From: Lama glama
Lineage: Eukaryota
Direction of reading: 5' to 3'
Assembly: GCA_028534125.1 (NCBI GenBank)
Contig: CM052818.1
Coordinates: forward strand, 36,086,001-36,150,000
Length of the DNA stretch: 64,000 nt
Position 1 is the first letter of the stretch; the number at the start of each line of letters is the position of its first letter. Below the pieces are notes generated by a model. That model was not told the DNA's origin and did not search any database. It saw nothing but the letters and a program-made list of their open reading frames with translations. A program made the position numbers and the translations under genes. Shown here one piece after another: positions 40,101 through 54,100 of this stretch.

Positions 40101-43100
40101 TCAGTGTCATTCATTCTTAACTTATCTTCTGCAAATCCGACTCCCCCTTCCCCGGTGGAGTGAAAGAGGGTCCTTGCTTGTGGGATGTTTTCAGGGCCGA
40201 CAGCTGGTAGAGAAAGCATGCCTGCAGGTGTAGCTCAGTCAAAGCAGGACTGGTTTCAAAGCTGAGCTGAGGGAGGAGCCAGAGGGAGGAGTCAGTTTGA
40301 TCAGGTCAGTAAACAAAAAGAAGCTTACTATTCAGAGTAAGAGGCCAAGTAGTTGGAGAGGCAGAGAGGTGGGAGTGGTGAGTCGAAGGTCTCAGAGGAA
40401 TCAAGAGGGTGGGCTTGTGCAGGTCCTTGGGATCAGTGGTGCGGGGAGGATCCCTGGGAGGACTGGCTGTGTTTTCAGGGGCTGTGCATGGAGCACAGTA
40501 GATTACAGTGGCTCTTAAATAACGTAAATAGAAGTTTTTTTCTTCCCTGATATCAGAATAAAGGTACAGTTATTCCTATTAATATTTATATTTATGAAGT
40601 CATCCTTTTGTTTATTAAAATAAAAGTAACTGCAACAAGGGGATGGTCCTCTGAAGCAGTCAAGAAGCCTGTTGGGTGGATTTGCTTTTGTGAAAATCTT
40701 TAATTTAGCCCCGTTAATAAAACTAGGTTTGCCCAGTTACCCTTAGACACTCAAACCTACTAAGTACTAAATTCTGCCTCACCTTTACTTTGTCATTCTA
40801 TCAGTTTCTGAATGATGCAAAATTGTTAATTTAAAAATTAACTTTAATTCATTATTTTCAGGCAGCAAAACAGGAACTTGAAAGACAGCGTCGTTTAGAA
40901 TGGGAGAGAATTCGTAGACAGGAGCTTCTCAATCGAAGGAATAGAGAACAGGAAGAAATTGTCAGGTTAAACTCTAAAAAGAAGAGCCTTCATCTCGAGT
41001 TGGAAGCACTGGTATGGCTATAAGTTTAAGTGAAATTTATCTGAATGATGCTAGAGTTACCTGTTGGAAATACTGTTTTTAAAATCTACCTCATGAATAT
41101 ATTATGTTTTGATGTAATCAAATAGTCATATTTTCATAAGTACCTTTTAACAGTCTAGACAGTATAGTTTACTGAAACAGCATGGTGATTCAGAATGCTG
41201 AGAATTATGTTGTGGTCTTAGTTCAGATGCGTTTAAACCACATACTCTTGAGCAAGACATTTCCCTCTCTGTGCCTCATTTTGTGCATCTGGAAGACAAG
41301 GGGAGCCGAGGCAGCAGGACAGTCTCCTCTCCCCAGTCCTTCCCACACTTCGACAGAGAAGCTCCACAGTATCTACTGTACTTTTTGAGAGTTATCTAAG
41401 ATATGCTTGGGGAAAAAAAAGAACTTTACTGAAAAAAAAAAAAAGATTTAAAATTGCTGACCTGAATGATGTCTTAGAGTTCCTTCCAGTTCTGTAGGAC
41501 TATGGTTGTTAACTAATATTGGTCATTATGCTTACCAGTTTTTACACATCAGATATCAGGATCAAGCTGTTAAAACTTTGTTTGAAATGCAAGGTGAGAA
41601 GACATAAAGGGTCTGAGTAAGACATACTGTTCTACTACGACCCTGGAATCCTATAAGCCTGACCTCGTAATATAGTAGGATTTTGCAGAAAATGCATGTG
41701 CAGCCAGCCATGTGTAGAGCCATAGTTACATCTTGTTTAATTGTAGTTTAACATTTTATTTGCTTTATGAATTGAATTACATTTTTTAAAAATCACATAC
41801 TTTAGTCAGAAAGGTAACTAATTTATGCCTTCAAATGAATTGGAAGCGTACGACAATTAATCATGCCGTAGTACTGCAAAACAGTCCTAAAAGTTTTGAC
41901 TTCTTTGTGTAGCTGCTTGAATATCTGGCTGAACCATCATTTTGACTCTGTGTTTTTCTTTAAAAAGACAATGGGAGGAAACCTTAGGACTGATCGTTTC
42001 CCCCCGCAAGAACTGGAGTAACACACCAGGCAGTAGCATGGGTTAGTGTGCAGGGCCTGGAAAGGTCCAGAGCCTACACTGCTGTATGCTGAAGACGTAA
42101 CGTGAACTCCAGGGTGGACACAGCATGCTCCCTTTAGCATACACTTCTCAACATGGAACATAACTTCCGTGAAAACTTTAATTACCAGTGATTTTAAACT
42201 GGAGGCCTCATTTCCCATTACCCCACTGTGTTTGCTAAGGCTGCCATAACAAAATAAGACAGACCAGGTGGCTTAAACAGCAGAAATTAATGTTGCCACA
42301 GTTCTACAGGCTGGACTCCAAGATCAAGGTGCCAGCAGGTTTGGTTTCTTCTGAGGCCTCTCTCCTTGGCTTGCAGACGGCTGCCTTCTCACCACGTCCT
42401 CATGTGGTCTTTCCTCTGCCCGATCTTCTCCGCTGTCTCTTTTGTGTCCAAATGTTCTATTCTTACAAGGACACCAGTCAAGTTGGATTAGTGACCACCC
42501 ATATGACCTCACTGAATCTTAATTACCTCTTTAAAGGTCCCGTCTCCACATACAGTCATGTTCTGAGGTACTGAGGGTTAGGACTTAAACATGTGAATTT
42601 TGTGGGGACACAGTTCAGCCTACAATACTTTGCCCTTCTCATTAGCTTTCTAATATTGAGAATTCTATTGAGAATCTCTGCTCTCTGTTTTGTTTTGTTT
42701 TTCTTCTCAGAAAAAGGGGAAAGGAATGTTGATATAGGAGAAGAGAATTGGGCCAAAAGGCCTTCCTGGACACTGTTGAATTAAAGGAATTAGAAGGCAG
42801 CACTGAGAGTAGAAAAAGAAGTTCAGAGAGGGTAATGCTAAATGTCACTTGCAAATGATTATTCCTCCTCATTATTCTTTGAGATTGTCTTTATTTTAAT
42901 ATTATAAATTAATACCTAAATGCTGAGGGAAAAAATGACTTTGGTATGTTTGTGCTTTCTCCTCTTAACATAATAGGCTCTTATATTGAGAATGGCATGT
43001 TTCCTAGTAACTGTGTTAAGTCAGCTTGGTTTTAGACATTTATCTCACACTGAGTATAAATGATAAATGATAAATGACATTTAAAACTTAAGTGAAAATA

Positions 43101-46100
43101 CTATTCTCCTGATAGGAACATTTCCTATGAATAGTTTATGTTATATATTCATATGCTCCTCCTATAGAATGGCAAACATCAGCAGATCTCAGGCAGACTT
43201 CAAGACATCCGACTCAGAAAGCAAACTCAAAAGACTGAGCTGGAAGTTCTGGATAAGCAGTGTGACCTGGAAATTATGGAAATCAAGCAACTTCAACAAG
43301 AACTTCAGGTAAGTCCTTTGCTGCTGAATTGTCCTTAAACATGAGCAGTTATTAATAATTCTTCCTAATAGAGTGGGTTTTGCTTTTTAGGTCATGAACA
43401 CCTTTGAGCCTCTGATAGACCTCCTTCCTAAAAGAATGTAAACATATACATCTTGTATAATATCAGGAAGCTCATAGACCCCCTAAAACTCTGATCAACA
43501 TCTGGTTAGGTTCTGCTTAATATTTGTACATAAATGGGCATTTGTCACTTTGAGTTTCAAGTCTTCAATAAATAAATACGTAAATGTATGTCTGTTGCGT
43601 TAATCTGCTGCTGCTTTTGGGAAAGTTTGACCTAACGTTCTTTGCAGAATTGGGGTCAACATGTCCATCAAAGATCTGGTAATTCTGTTATTTAACTATG
43701 TAGAGTAGGGACCCTGAAAGCTTTCTTCATCTCAAGAGTCCTCTTACCAAATTTCTTTTTCTGAACAGACTAACATTAATTAACAGTGTTTTACTTTGTC
43801 ACAGCAGATGTAGACAAAAGCCAAGTGACATTTCCTACCCAGTGTACCCCTGCTTTCCTAGTAATCCCTGAGTTTTTAGTCCCTCTTTGATACTCATTCT
43901 GGAGTATCATGACTGCTGACACATAGCGTTTAGTGGAGGCACCAAGGGCACCTCTTAGGCTGTGCCTGCTGTCGTCTTTCAGTAGGCTGGAAGTTGTCGG
44001 GCCCTGAACACACCTGATTAACAGAGCTTTCTTCACCACCTTTTATTTTCAGGCAATCATTCATTCATGTATGGATTTACATTTAAATATCTGTATTTTA
44101 AATTATGCATAATTCCATTCTAGTTTATTCATAAGTTGTAAGCAACTTACATATTATTTCTAATCTAAACTTCGAGTGTGATTAAATCATGTTTTTGCAT
44201 TAAAAATATTCTTAGACAACATTACAAAGTTTTAATCAAACACTACTTTTTCTTTTTATAAGGAATATCAAAATAAGCTTATCTATTTGGTACCAGAGAA
44301 GCAATTATTAAATGAAAGAATTAAAAACATGCAGCTCAGTACTACACCTGGTAAGTTCTAGGGTTTGTCTTACCTCTTTTATTCTTTTCTGAATGACTGT
44401 ATCAGTCATGTACTGTTATTTTTAAACATAGCATTATTCTGTTATAAATAACATTTCTTGCCTGTAGTTAAAATTTCAAAATAATGTGAAAAATATCACA
44501 GATGTCAGAGCATTTTTAGCAATAAAAAGTAAATAAATAAAATAATGACTGTGGTATGACTTCCTCTCTTAATAACATTTTTATATATTTCAAATGTCAA
44601 TAAAATGTTAGACTGCAGTTAAACAAGACCTAGGCTTGGCTTGAACACAAGGTTATATGTGCATTTTGGCAAAATCTTGCGCTAATTGTAAATAACTGAG
44701 AGGGGACCTTTCTGAGGAGCTAAACCTGTTGGATTCTAGGTTGATAGCGCACAGCAGTGATAGGCCTAAGCAGCCTGATATGTCCTTCCCAGCCCTTTTA
44801 TATCATCTAATTCTGTGACTCATGTAGAGAATTTTACCAGCTTGCCTCTCTGACAGCAAGGTATTTTATGAGTATACAGCATTTTTCTTGATTCAAGTCC
44901 CAACCAGAAAACTGAAAAACAAAACAAAACAAAACAAAACAAAGCAAAAAAATTCCGTATTGGATAGTATGCCAGTAACAGCACAGCAGAAGAAAGGTTT
45001 ATTTAAAGAAAAGTAACTCTGCAAATGTGTTAGAACTAGCTTAAGTATCCTGCATGTCTCCCATTGAGTATCTGTCGGTCTTTTTATTCCAGGGCTCTTT
45101 ATTATACTTTTGGCTGATTAGAAGTTCCAATAAATAGCATCCCTCTTCTTTGCCTGAGTTGTGAACAAATTAAGAAATGAAGCAAAGGAGCAAGACGCAA
45201 GAGACCAAAACTTTGCCTCATTATTAACAAAGCTGATGTTAGACAGCATGGCTTATCTGAGCGGTACAGCTGCCCCTGTAAGACATTGGGTGCATGAACA
45301 AAATAGAATGCAGATTCCTGTGGGCAGTTCAGTCTCAAGAAAGCAAAGAATAGGAAAGGTGTAGGGCTGTGTATACCCAAGTCCTTATCTTGATCTTACC
45401 AATTAGTTAGGAGGTAGAAAGAAGCTGAATATTGTTCTAGTAAAGGGCTCTTTACATGGAAGAAACACCAGGAATACAGTTCAATCCTGTGAACTATTCT
45501 TATTATGTCTCCCACCTTCCTCTGTCTCTTCTCAGACAATCTTCCTTGCACATGATATTTTTCTTAGCTGTTCAAAGTGTACAGCTCCCACCTTACCCCT
45601 CACAGGCATTTCAGAGGCAGGATAAAGCAGCCCTCCTGACCTGTGCAGGGTAGAAAGTGTATTTTCATCCTCGTTGTTAATATTTGGATTGTGAATAAAG
45701 TGTAGAATATGGCTTATTGGGGACCTAGTAGAGTTAATTCTTTCTCTGTGGAATATGATTCAGTTTAGCTTTTATTAATTTATTTATCTTTGTTGTAGTC
45801 CAGTTTAGAATAGGAAGCTCTTGTTTGGAGTTTGCAAAGTACCCTGTACCCCTTAAATTCCTCTTTCCATACAGTTACCATTTGAGATTACCAGCCACAT
45901 ACCAAGTACCATGATCGTCAGTTTTCATGCATTATTTCCTTTCATCTTTACAACAATCCTGTGAAGTAGGAGTTGTTACTCCTATTGCGCAGCTTAGGAA
46001 AACTCAAGTTCAGAGACAATAAGTAGTTATCCAAGATAGTGTAATAGTAGGTCGCAGATTCTTGTGGATCTGACTCTAAAGCCCACTGTGTTACCACGCT

Positions 46101-48082
46101 GCCTTACCTAACACAGTGCTCACAGATATGATATGATCAAATTTGGTGTGAAAACATCCATTATTGCTGGTGCTCATTTTGAGTACTAAGATGAATATTC
46201 TTTTACTGTTATTTTTTTTCCTGTTGCTTGTCTCCCACCTTGACCAGGGAAGGACCCATGCCTTAGCCTTCATTTTTACCTACAGTTGAATACAGTGGAG
46301 TGTCCTGCATATAGCAGATATGTGTAATTTAATGATTAAGTATTTATTGAAATTCTACAAAACTGTTAGAATTTTAAGAGAATTTAGCAAGGTGCCTGGA
46401 TACAAAAATCAGTATATAAAAATCAGTATCTTTAATCAAAAGTATTTGTTTAGAAAATATTATGAAAAAAAGGTCTCATTCACATTAGCATTCTCACTGT
46501 TAAATGAATAAAGAAGAAATGCACAGTCATAAAATTTTACTGATAGATATAAAATATTTCTGCATAAGTAGATACATACTGTATTCCTGAGTGAACTAGC
46601 TCAATATTTTAAAGATGTTAGTTCTCTACTAATTCATCCATATATTCAGTTCTGTTTGGGTGTCTTTAAATGAAACTTGGCAAGATAATTCACAGATTCA
46701 CCTAGAAGAGGAGATATGCAAGATGAGGCAAGACTTAGAAAAACATTAGTTTGGGGGAGACTAACCCTATCAGATATCAAAACGTAAGTTATGAAAGGTA
46801 TATACCTAGAATAGTATATTATTGATCCGATATAGAAACATAGAACAGTGGAACTAAATAGACAATCTAGGAACAAGCCTGTAATATATGGCAATTTAGG
46901 ATAAGATAAACTTGGCATTTACCATCCTTGGGGAAAGGATGGGCTTTCAGTAGTTACTTTCTTTTCTCTTCGTTAAGTACTTCGGGGGACAGCTGATTAT
47001 CAGAAAGGGAGATGAAGAAGCTCTTTTTCTCACTCTGTGTGCAGAAATAAATTCTAGATAAAATAAGAGGCTAAACATAAAATATAACTCTAAAATTTTT
47101 TTTACAGTGGAAAACATTTTTCTAATCTTGGTGTCAGGAAAGTCTCTTCAAACAATCCATAGAGCCATGAAGGAAAATGCTTAACAGTTTTTGATGACAT
47201 AAAAATGAAAAACTTCTTCATGATGAAAGATATCATAAACAGTAAAGAATCTGAAATATGTATAATACAATAAGAATTTTGAGCTTGTACAAATCAGAAA
47301 TTAAGACCACCCGGTAGGGGAGAAAAGCTGGCAAAGGATGTGAGGCGAGGCAATTCAAGATGATGGCTGAAAAATAGAAATAGATGGCCTTATAAATAGA
47401 TGTTTCTTTGATTTCAGTAGTTTTCAAGAAGATACAAATTTAAATGACAATAGGATTTTTTTTTTGCTAGTTAGCAAAAGTGAAAAAAGATTGATAATAT
47501 CCAGTGATGAGGGTCTGCAGAAACAGGTAATTTGGTGTCATTGTTATTGGTACAGCTTTTTGGAAGGGCAGTTTGGCAGTTTCTGTCAGAATTTAAAGTG
47601 TGCAAGTCCTTTGTTTATGTAGTAATTCTTTCACCTCCTAGCCTTATAAAATATTTTCATATGTGCATTAAAATGTACCTACAAGGATATTAATTGCAGC
47701 ATTTTTATGTAATAGTAGAAAATTAGAAACAACCTAAATGGCAATCAGAAAAGGAGCAGTTACATAAATTATGGGATAGCCATAATGTAGACTACCAGGG
47801 AGCAATTTTAAAGAATGAGCTAGATCTAGATGTCTTTATTAAATTTAAAACAAGTTGCTACAGACTGGGATTTCAAAATGTAGAATAGATGAGAATAGAT
47901 GAAAAAGATTATATTGTATAGCACAAGGAAATATATACAAGATCTTATGGTAGTTCACAGCAAAAAAAAAAAAAGTGACAATGAATATATGTATGTTCAT
48001 GTATAACTGAAAAATTGTGCTGTACACTGGAATTTGACACAACATTGTAAAATGACTGTAACTCAGTAAAAAAAAAAGTTAA

Positions 48083-48125
<43 letters not shown>

Positions 48126-51100
48126 AAAAAACAAGTTGCTAAGCAGTGTAGCCAGTGTAATCCCATTAAAGCTCCATGGAACGAATTATTGAATATGCAC
48201 ATATCTAAGTGCCTAAGAGGGGAATAAGCTGGGAGTTGAGATGAAAAGGGACTTTTTTTTAACTTTTTACTCTATATGCTTCATTTTATTTAAATTTTGT
48301 GTTGGATTCCTATGCTTTAAAAAAGACAATAAAGTTTTAAAATATTACAGTTGACCCTGAATAGTGTGGGTTTGAACTGCACAAGTTTGTTTATATGGAG
48401 ATTTTTTTCAATAAGTAAATACTGCAGTACTACACAGATCCATGATTGTTGAATCTGAGGATGCAGAACTGTGGATATGGAGGAACTGCAGCTATGTATA
48501 CAGAAGGCCGACTATACGTTATACTTGGGTTTTCAACAGAGCAGAGGATCAGCCCCCTGAACTCCCAAGCTGTTCAAGGGTCAACCGTATTTAAATAGAT
48601 AGTAAGATTACTATTTTAATTTATTGTAATGTAATCTGCATCATATATTTCCATCTAGTTTCTTTATCTCTGCCTAGATATCTAAGAAAAGGTCATAAAA
48701 TGAAGCCCTCAGTTCTTACCCACTAAAATAATACCACTAAATAATCCGTTTCATAATCCAGTCAATTATCTGTGGATCAGATTGGTGAAGCACTTCACCC
48801 AAAGTGGAATGTCACTTCAAGTCCTAGTACTTTTTTTTTTTTTTTACATTTTTATTGATTCATAATCATTTTACAGTGTTGTGTCAAATTCCAGTGTTCA
48901 GTACAATTTTTCAGTCATACATGGACATATACACACTCATTGTCACATTTTTTTCTCTGTGATTTATCATAACATTTTGTGTATATTTCCCTGTGCTATA
49001 CAGTGTAATCTTGTTTATCTGTTCTANNNNNNNNNNNNNNNNNNNNNNNNNNNNNNNNNNNNNNNNNNNNNNNNNNNNNNNNNNNNNNNNNNNNNNNNNN
49101 NNNNNNNNNNNNNNNNNNNNNNNNNNTACTGTTAACGACAGTAATTTCTACCAAATGTAAACTGTGATGTTTGTATTTCAGATTTAGGAATTGGTTTACT
49201 TCATAAAAAATCATTAGAAAAGGAAGAATTATGCCAAAGACTGAAAGAACAATTAGATGCTCTTGAAAAGGAAACTGCATCTAAGCTATCAGAAATGGAT
49301 TCATTTAACAATCAACTAAAGGTATTTATTTTCTGTTACCTTCCTTACTTTGATGTAATAGAATGAATAACTAAAGCTATTATTGTTTATGTAGTACATT
49401 TTCATAATTTATAATTTGAGCTATACCACAATTGCAAGATTATTTTTAATGTTCTCTACAGATATTATAAATATTGTGTCATGTAAATAAACATATCATT
49501 TACCATAGTTTCCAGTTTTTAATGACTGTTTTTATCAGCATCTATACATTTAAGAAGTAATTACCTCTGTCAGTATTAGTATTAGGTTAGATTAGATTTA
49601 TCAGTGTTAGTTCTTGGCCAGCATGATCTTAGGCAAATTCTAAAATGGGAAATACGGAAAATTTTAAATAATCTGAGTGCTAGAGGCTCCTTTAACACAC
49701 TAAATTCTTTTTGGCTTCTTTTTTATTATTTAATTTAATGAACCTTTGTGAAATAATGCAGTAATCAGTGAAATCTGAAGCATAATCTGGCACAATAAAG
49801 TCTGCATGAAAAATAGGTTCATGATTCATTAATTACTGCAGTGGCAGAGCAGATGTCCAAACATATACCATATGCTTATCATTATGTGCAGTATTAGTTG
49901 CATATTGAAGCCATAACTGTGAAAGAAAATATTAAAAGTTAAAAACCAGACTAACGGCACATGATTGAAATTTGTGAATAGTTTCAGTTACTCCTTTGCT
50001 AAAGAAGCAGAAAGTTTCCAGAGCATAAAATATGACAAAACTTTTTAGGCAGCTCTCTGTCTCTTCATGTGATTTTCATCTTGCTGATGTGTTTAGAATA
50101 ACATTATACCATATCCATCTATCAAAATTCATCAAATTATACATCTGAAATATGTGTCATTTACTGTACAGGAACCATACCACAATAAAAGTGTTTTTAA
50201 AAAAAGAATAACATTACACCAGCTTTAGAGTAGACAGTATGATTTAAAAAAAAAAAAGGAACCATGGTGGCTTCAGTTAAGGAGGGAAAATTTGAGGTGA
50301 ATAATATTAACCATACATTTTACATAAGCATATATATATTCTGTAGAAAAAAGTGTTAAGAAAATCAAAAAATTTGTCATTGATGGACAGACAAGCCAGC
50401 CAAGTTATCTTCCCAACATTATTTTCTAGAAAATCTGTACATAGTTTAATTGGCTTTTTATCTGCCTTATCTTACAGTGTGGGAATATGGATGACTCTGT
50501 TCTTCAGTGCCTTTTGTCTCTGCTAAGCTGTCTCAACAACCTCTTCCTCTTACTTAAGGTTATTTTCTAATATCTAGCTCCTTTTCTTTGAGTTACTTTA
50601 CTGTTTTCTTTTTTTAAAAAACTAGACTATTCTTTGCATTTATCTGAATATCTTTATTTGAAATAACGTGTACGATACAGACATTTTTTCTTTCTGCTTG
50701 CTTAAAAATCCTCTGCTGTCTTACTGCCTGTTTGAGTCTAATGCCAGAAATCAGTAGAGTTGCCCACAGTAACCTTTCTCATGAGTAGCCCAGGACACTT
50801 AGAAATACTACCTGATTCCCGTACAACATCCCTGTGAGTTGGGATAACAGATTACTAATTCAGTTAAAAGGAAAACTAAGGGAATGTGAGATAAATTATT
50901 TATCCATATCACTGTGAAAATCATTGTTTAAAATAGGACGTACACTTTGTGAAATCTAGGGCAAGGTTATGTCATGTATATATCAGGCTGCTTCCTAATT
51001 ATAAGAAAAAATCTTAACCAGTAATGCAGGGGCAGCTTTAGTTATGTCTAGTTATCAGGCCTCATATTTAGACATGCTTGCCCACAAATAAAAATGTTTA

Positions 51101-54100
51101 AATCACATTTATAAATAAACAGTTCACTTTGTCATGTATAGGACACAGAGTATTTACTTAAAATATTCGATGAATTCCTATTTTAATGTAGTTTAAAGAC
51201 AGTTGCTTTATATTTACTAGTTGCTGACCCTAGTAGATTTTGACTGCATTCTGCTCAGTACTAAAATGGATGGCAAGGGGGAGGGGTATAGCTCAGTGGT
51301 AGAGCACATGCTTAGTGTGCATGAGATCCTGGGTTCAATCCACAGCACCTCCATTAAAATTAATAATAGTAAATTTTAAAAAATAAAATAAAGTGGATGG
51401 CAATAGGGCAGTTGCCTATACATACACAGTAAAGACAGGAACATGATAAGCAGAGCTCCTTTGTTACCTAAGCAAAGGTAGGGCACATTGAAAGGATGGT
51501 ATGGTATCAGCCTTTCCTTCATGGTTATAGCATGAATGGCCAGATTATCTCGTCTTAGAACTTTGCTACAGATCACCGAGAGATTTAAACCTAAGTTTCT
51601 TCATGTGTCCAATGAAGTTTGATGATGATTTGTGGACTGTACCCACACTCAGAAGTCTGATTCTTTCATTTGATTCTCCACAGGCCAGCAGATTATCTTG
51701 TCTCTTATTTTACTTTCTTCCTTCTGCTTCCTGCCTTCCAGCTTTTCACTGCTTGTTGACACTTTCATCAGAGGCAACCTAGGAATCTAAAAAGGGATGA
51801 AACCTGTACTGTCAGAGAGTTCAGGAAACAAACTGTTGTCACAGAAAACAAGAGGCTTTCTGTAGTCATTGGAAATGATACAGAACAGTCAGTTAACTTA
51901 GTACTGAAAAATATCCATTGAATTGCCAACAAGGAGACCTTTCAAGACCTTTCTGAAAGTGCCATCTTAGTTGAGTGACCAGCAGAAGTTGGATTGTGGC
52001 AGATCAGGAATGAATGGGAGCTGAAGAGAGGTGAAGTGAGTGTGAACAACTCTTTAGGAGAGTGAAAGAGAGCATCAGAGGGGAAAAAAAATTTTTTTTT
52101 TTGGTTTAAGGAAGGCTTGACAAGATACAAAGTTTTAGTTATGAAGATGAGTAAGTTGTGAAGTCTAATGTACAGCATGGTAACTGTAGTTAACAATACT
52201 GTATTGTATAGTTGAAATTTTCTAAGGGGATAGATCTTAAGCATTCTCACCACAGAAAGAGTTGGGAGGGAGAAAGAAGAGAAAGGAAGGGAGGGAAGGA
52301 GGGAACGGTAACTGTGAGGAGATGGGTGTGTTAATTAGCTCGATTTGGGGAATCATTTCACAGTGTATACATGTATTGAAACAGCAAGTTTTATGATTTT
52401 TATTTATCAATTATACCTTAATAAAGTTAAAAAAATTGAAGAATAATTGGGACCACCCTTGAAAGGGGTATCACCTTTCTGTGTGGCATATGGATACATG
52501 AGGAAGGTATAGTTTCTGTTAGGACAGAAGAATGGAAGTGGAGAAATTGAGCTTGTTAGGTAACTAGCCATATCCATGTCATTGTGTTAGTCGTGATTAC
52601 CAGGTTCAAGCCAAATATTTTGTTGCTGAATTCCCAGCACCTAGAACAGTGCGTGGAGTGTCATGCTTTGCATGACATACTGGAAAGGCAATATCTACTT
52701 AAATGGATGAATGGTTTTGAATGTTCCCAGTCAGAAAATATGCAGCATTTATTTAGAGTTAGTATAGAGTTTATGAGAAAAAAGTAGAAAGACAATTAGT
52801 AGAAAAACAGCAGAAAACCATATATCCCAGATTTTAGAAACACTTCTGATTCCATGTAGTTTATTCTTTTAAGTAAAGGCTATTTTTTCAAAAAAAATCC
52901 TCAGAAAAAGAATAGAAAAGAAAGACAAGACTCAAAGGAGATAGTGAAGGGACAGGAAAGGAAGGAGGAGAAGAGTGAGAGATTGAGTACTGCTGACTGA
53001 AGTGGTGATCATTGTAGAGCTGAATCCCGAGGAAGCAGATTAAGATACAATCTAGAGCATAGATTAAAGGATAAGATAAAAAGAATACTTCCAGTGTAAC
53101 ATATGGAGATAAGGTAGGTGTGAATTCAGTTTAATTTGTTGGTGGAGAATGGGAAGTTGACAGCTTCAAAACTTAAAATCAGAAGTAAGTTGGATCATTA
53201 CAAGGAATCTTCATGGGTAGTTGAGGACATGAATAACTCAGACTAGACTAAAAGGAGATGGATGCAGATGCAGGAAATTTTATTGCTTTTGAAATGGAAA
53301 GATTAGGGAGTTCTAGTCTGACTTAATGAGACAAGATTATTGGCTGATAATGAAAAGAATGGATGGAAGATTAGGAAATTTCCGGAGAGAAAAGTAAGCA
53401 TGAATTATACATCTCAGTGGCACTGAGGATTGCAAGTTTAGTACAGCAAAACAGTAGGTGTCCTGAGCAATGTTGAGTGCCTATTCGAAGTTGGAGGTTA
53501 TGAATCTAAATTGAAAACAGCATGCCTAATTAAGTTTTTTCTCCACCAAAGTTCAGCTGCTTAGGCTTATGCACAGAAAAGGCTGATAAAATAGGTTCAT
53601 ACAGGTTTGAGGTTTTAATAGACATGGGCAAAGAGGGAGGGATGAGGGAGGGACAGATCTTGACACAATAATTATGAGAAAGGTGAACTCTGACATGAAG
53701 TCATATGACGACATGAAGAGATATGAAGAGAGGAAAGGGTGCTGATGAAAGAAGAGAGAATGGTGAGGTCCCAGAATGGAGGTCTCAGTGAGGTTAGAGA
53801 ACTACTGATATGGCTGTATCAGGTATAAGAAAAGCTTGAAGGATAAGAGTTCATGTTTGAAGAATGGAATGTTCGATCGGTGGTAGTTCTCTTTGTGATG
53901 ATGGCAAGATTCAGGACGTAATAATGCAAATGATGGATTAAATGGAGTAAAAAAAGGTCATTACTGAGGAGATCAGCCTGAGAGTTGAGGTTCTCATGGG
54001 GTCATCCATGTGGATGTCAGAAGACTGGAAGAGCAGTGAAAATGAATGAATGAGGATCAGAGACCAGGTGATGGATAGATGGCAGTAAAGAGGAAGGGGA

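Noticed and set aside
48784..48799. Hairpin ggtgaag-ca-cttcacc as part of a sno/scaRNA
   Set aside because: Only a 7-bp inverted repeat; I could not identify H/ACA or C/D boxes or a second hairpin. An Rfam cmscan would settle it.
48881..49280. ORFs spanning the N run
   Set aside because: Artefacts of translating through the assembly gap.
51277..51353. Functional tRNA-Ala gene
   Set aside because: It has TSDs, an AT-rich tail and mismatches in the tRNA-like body, and related copies occur in the window; it is a SINE.
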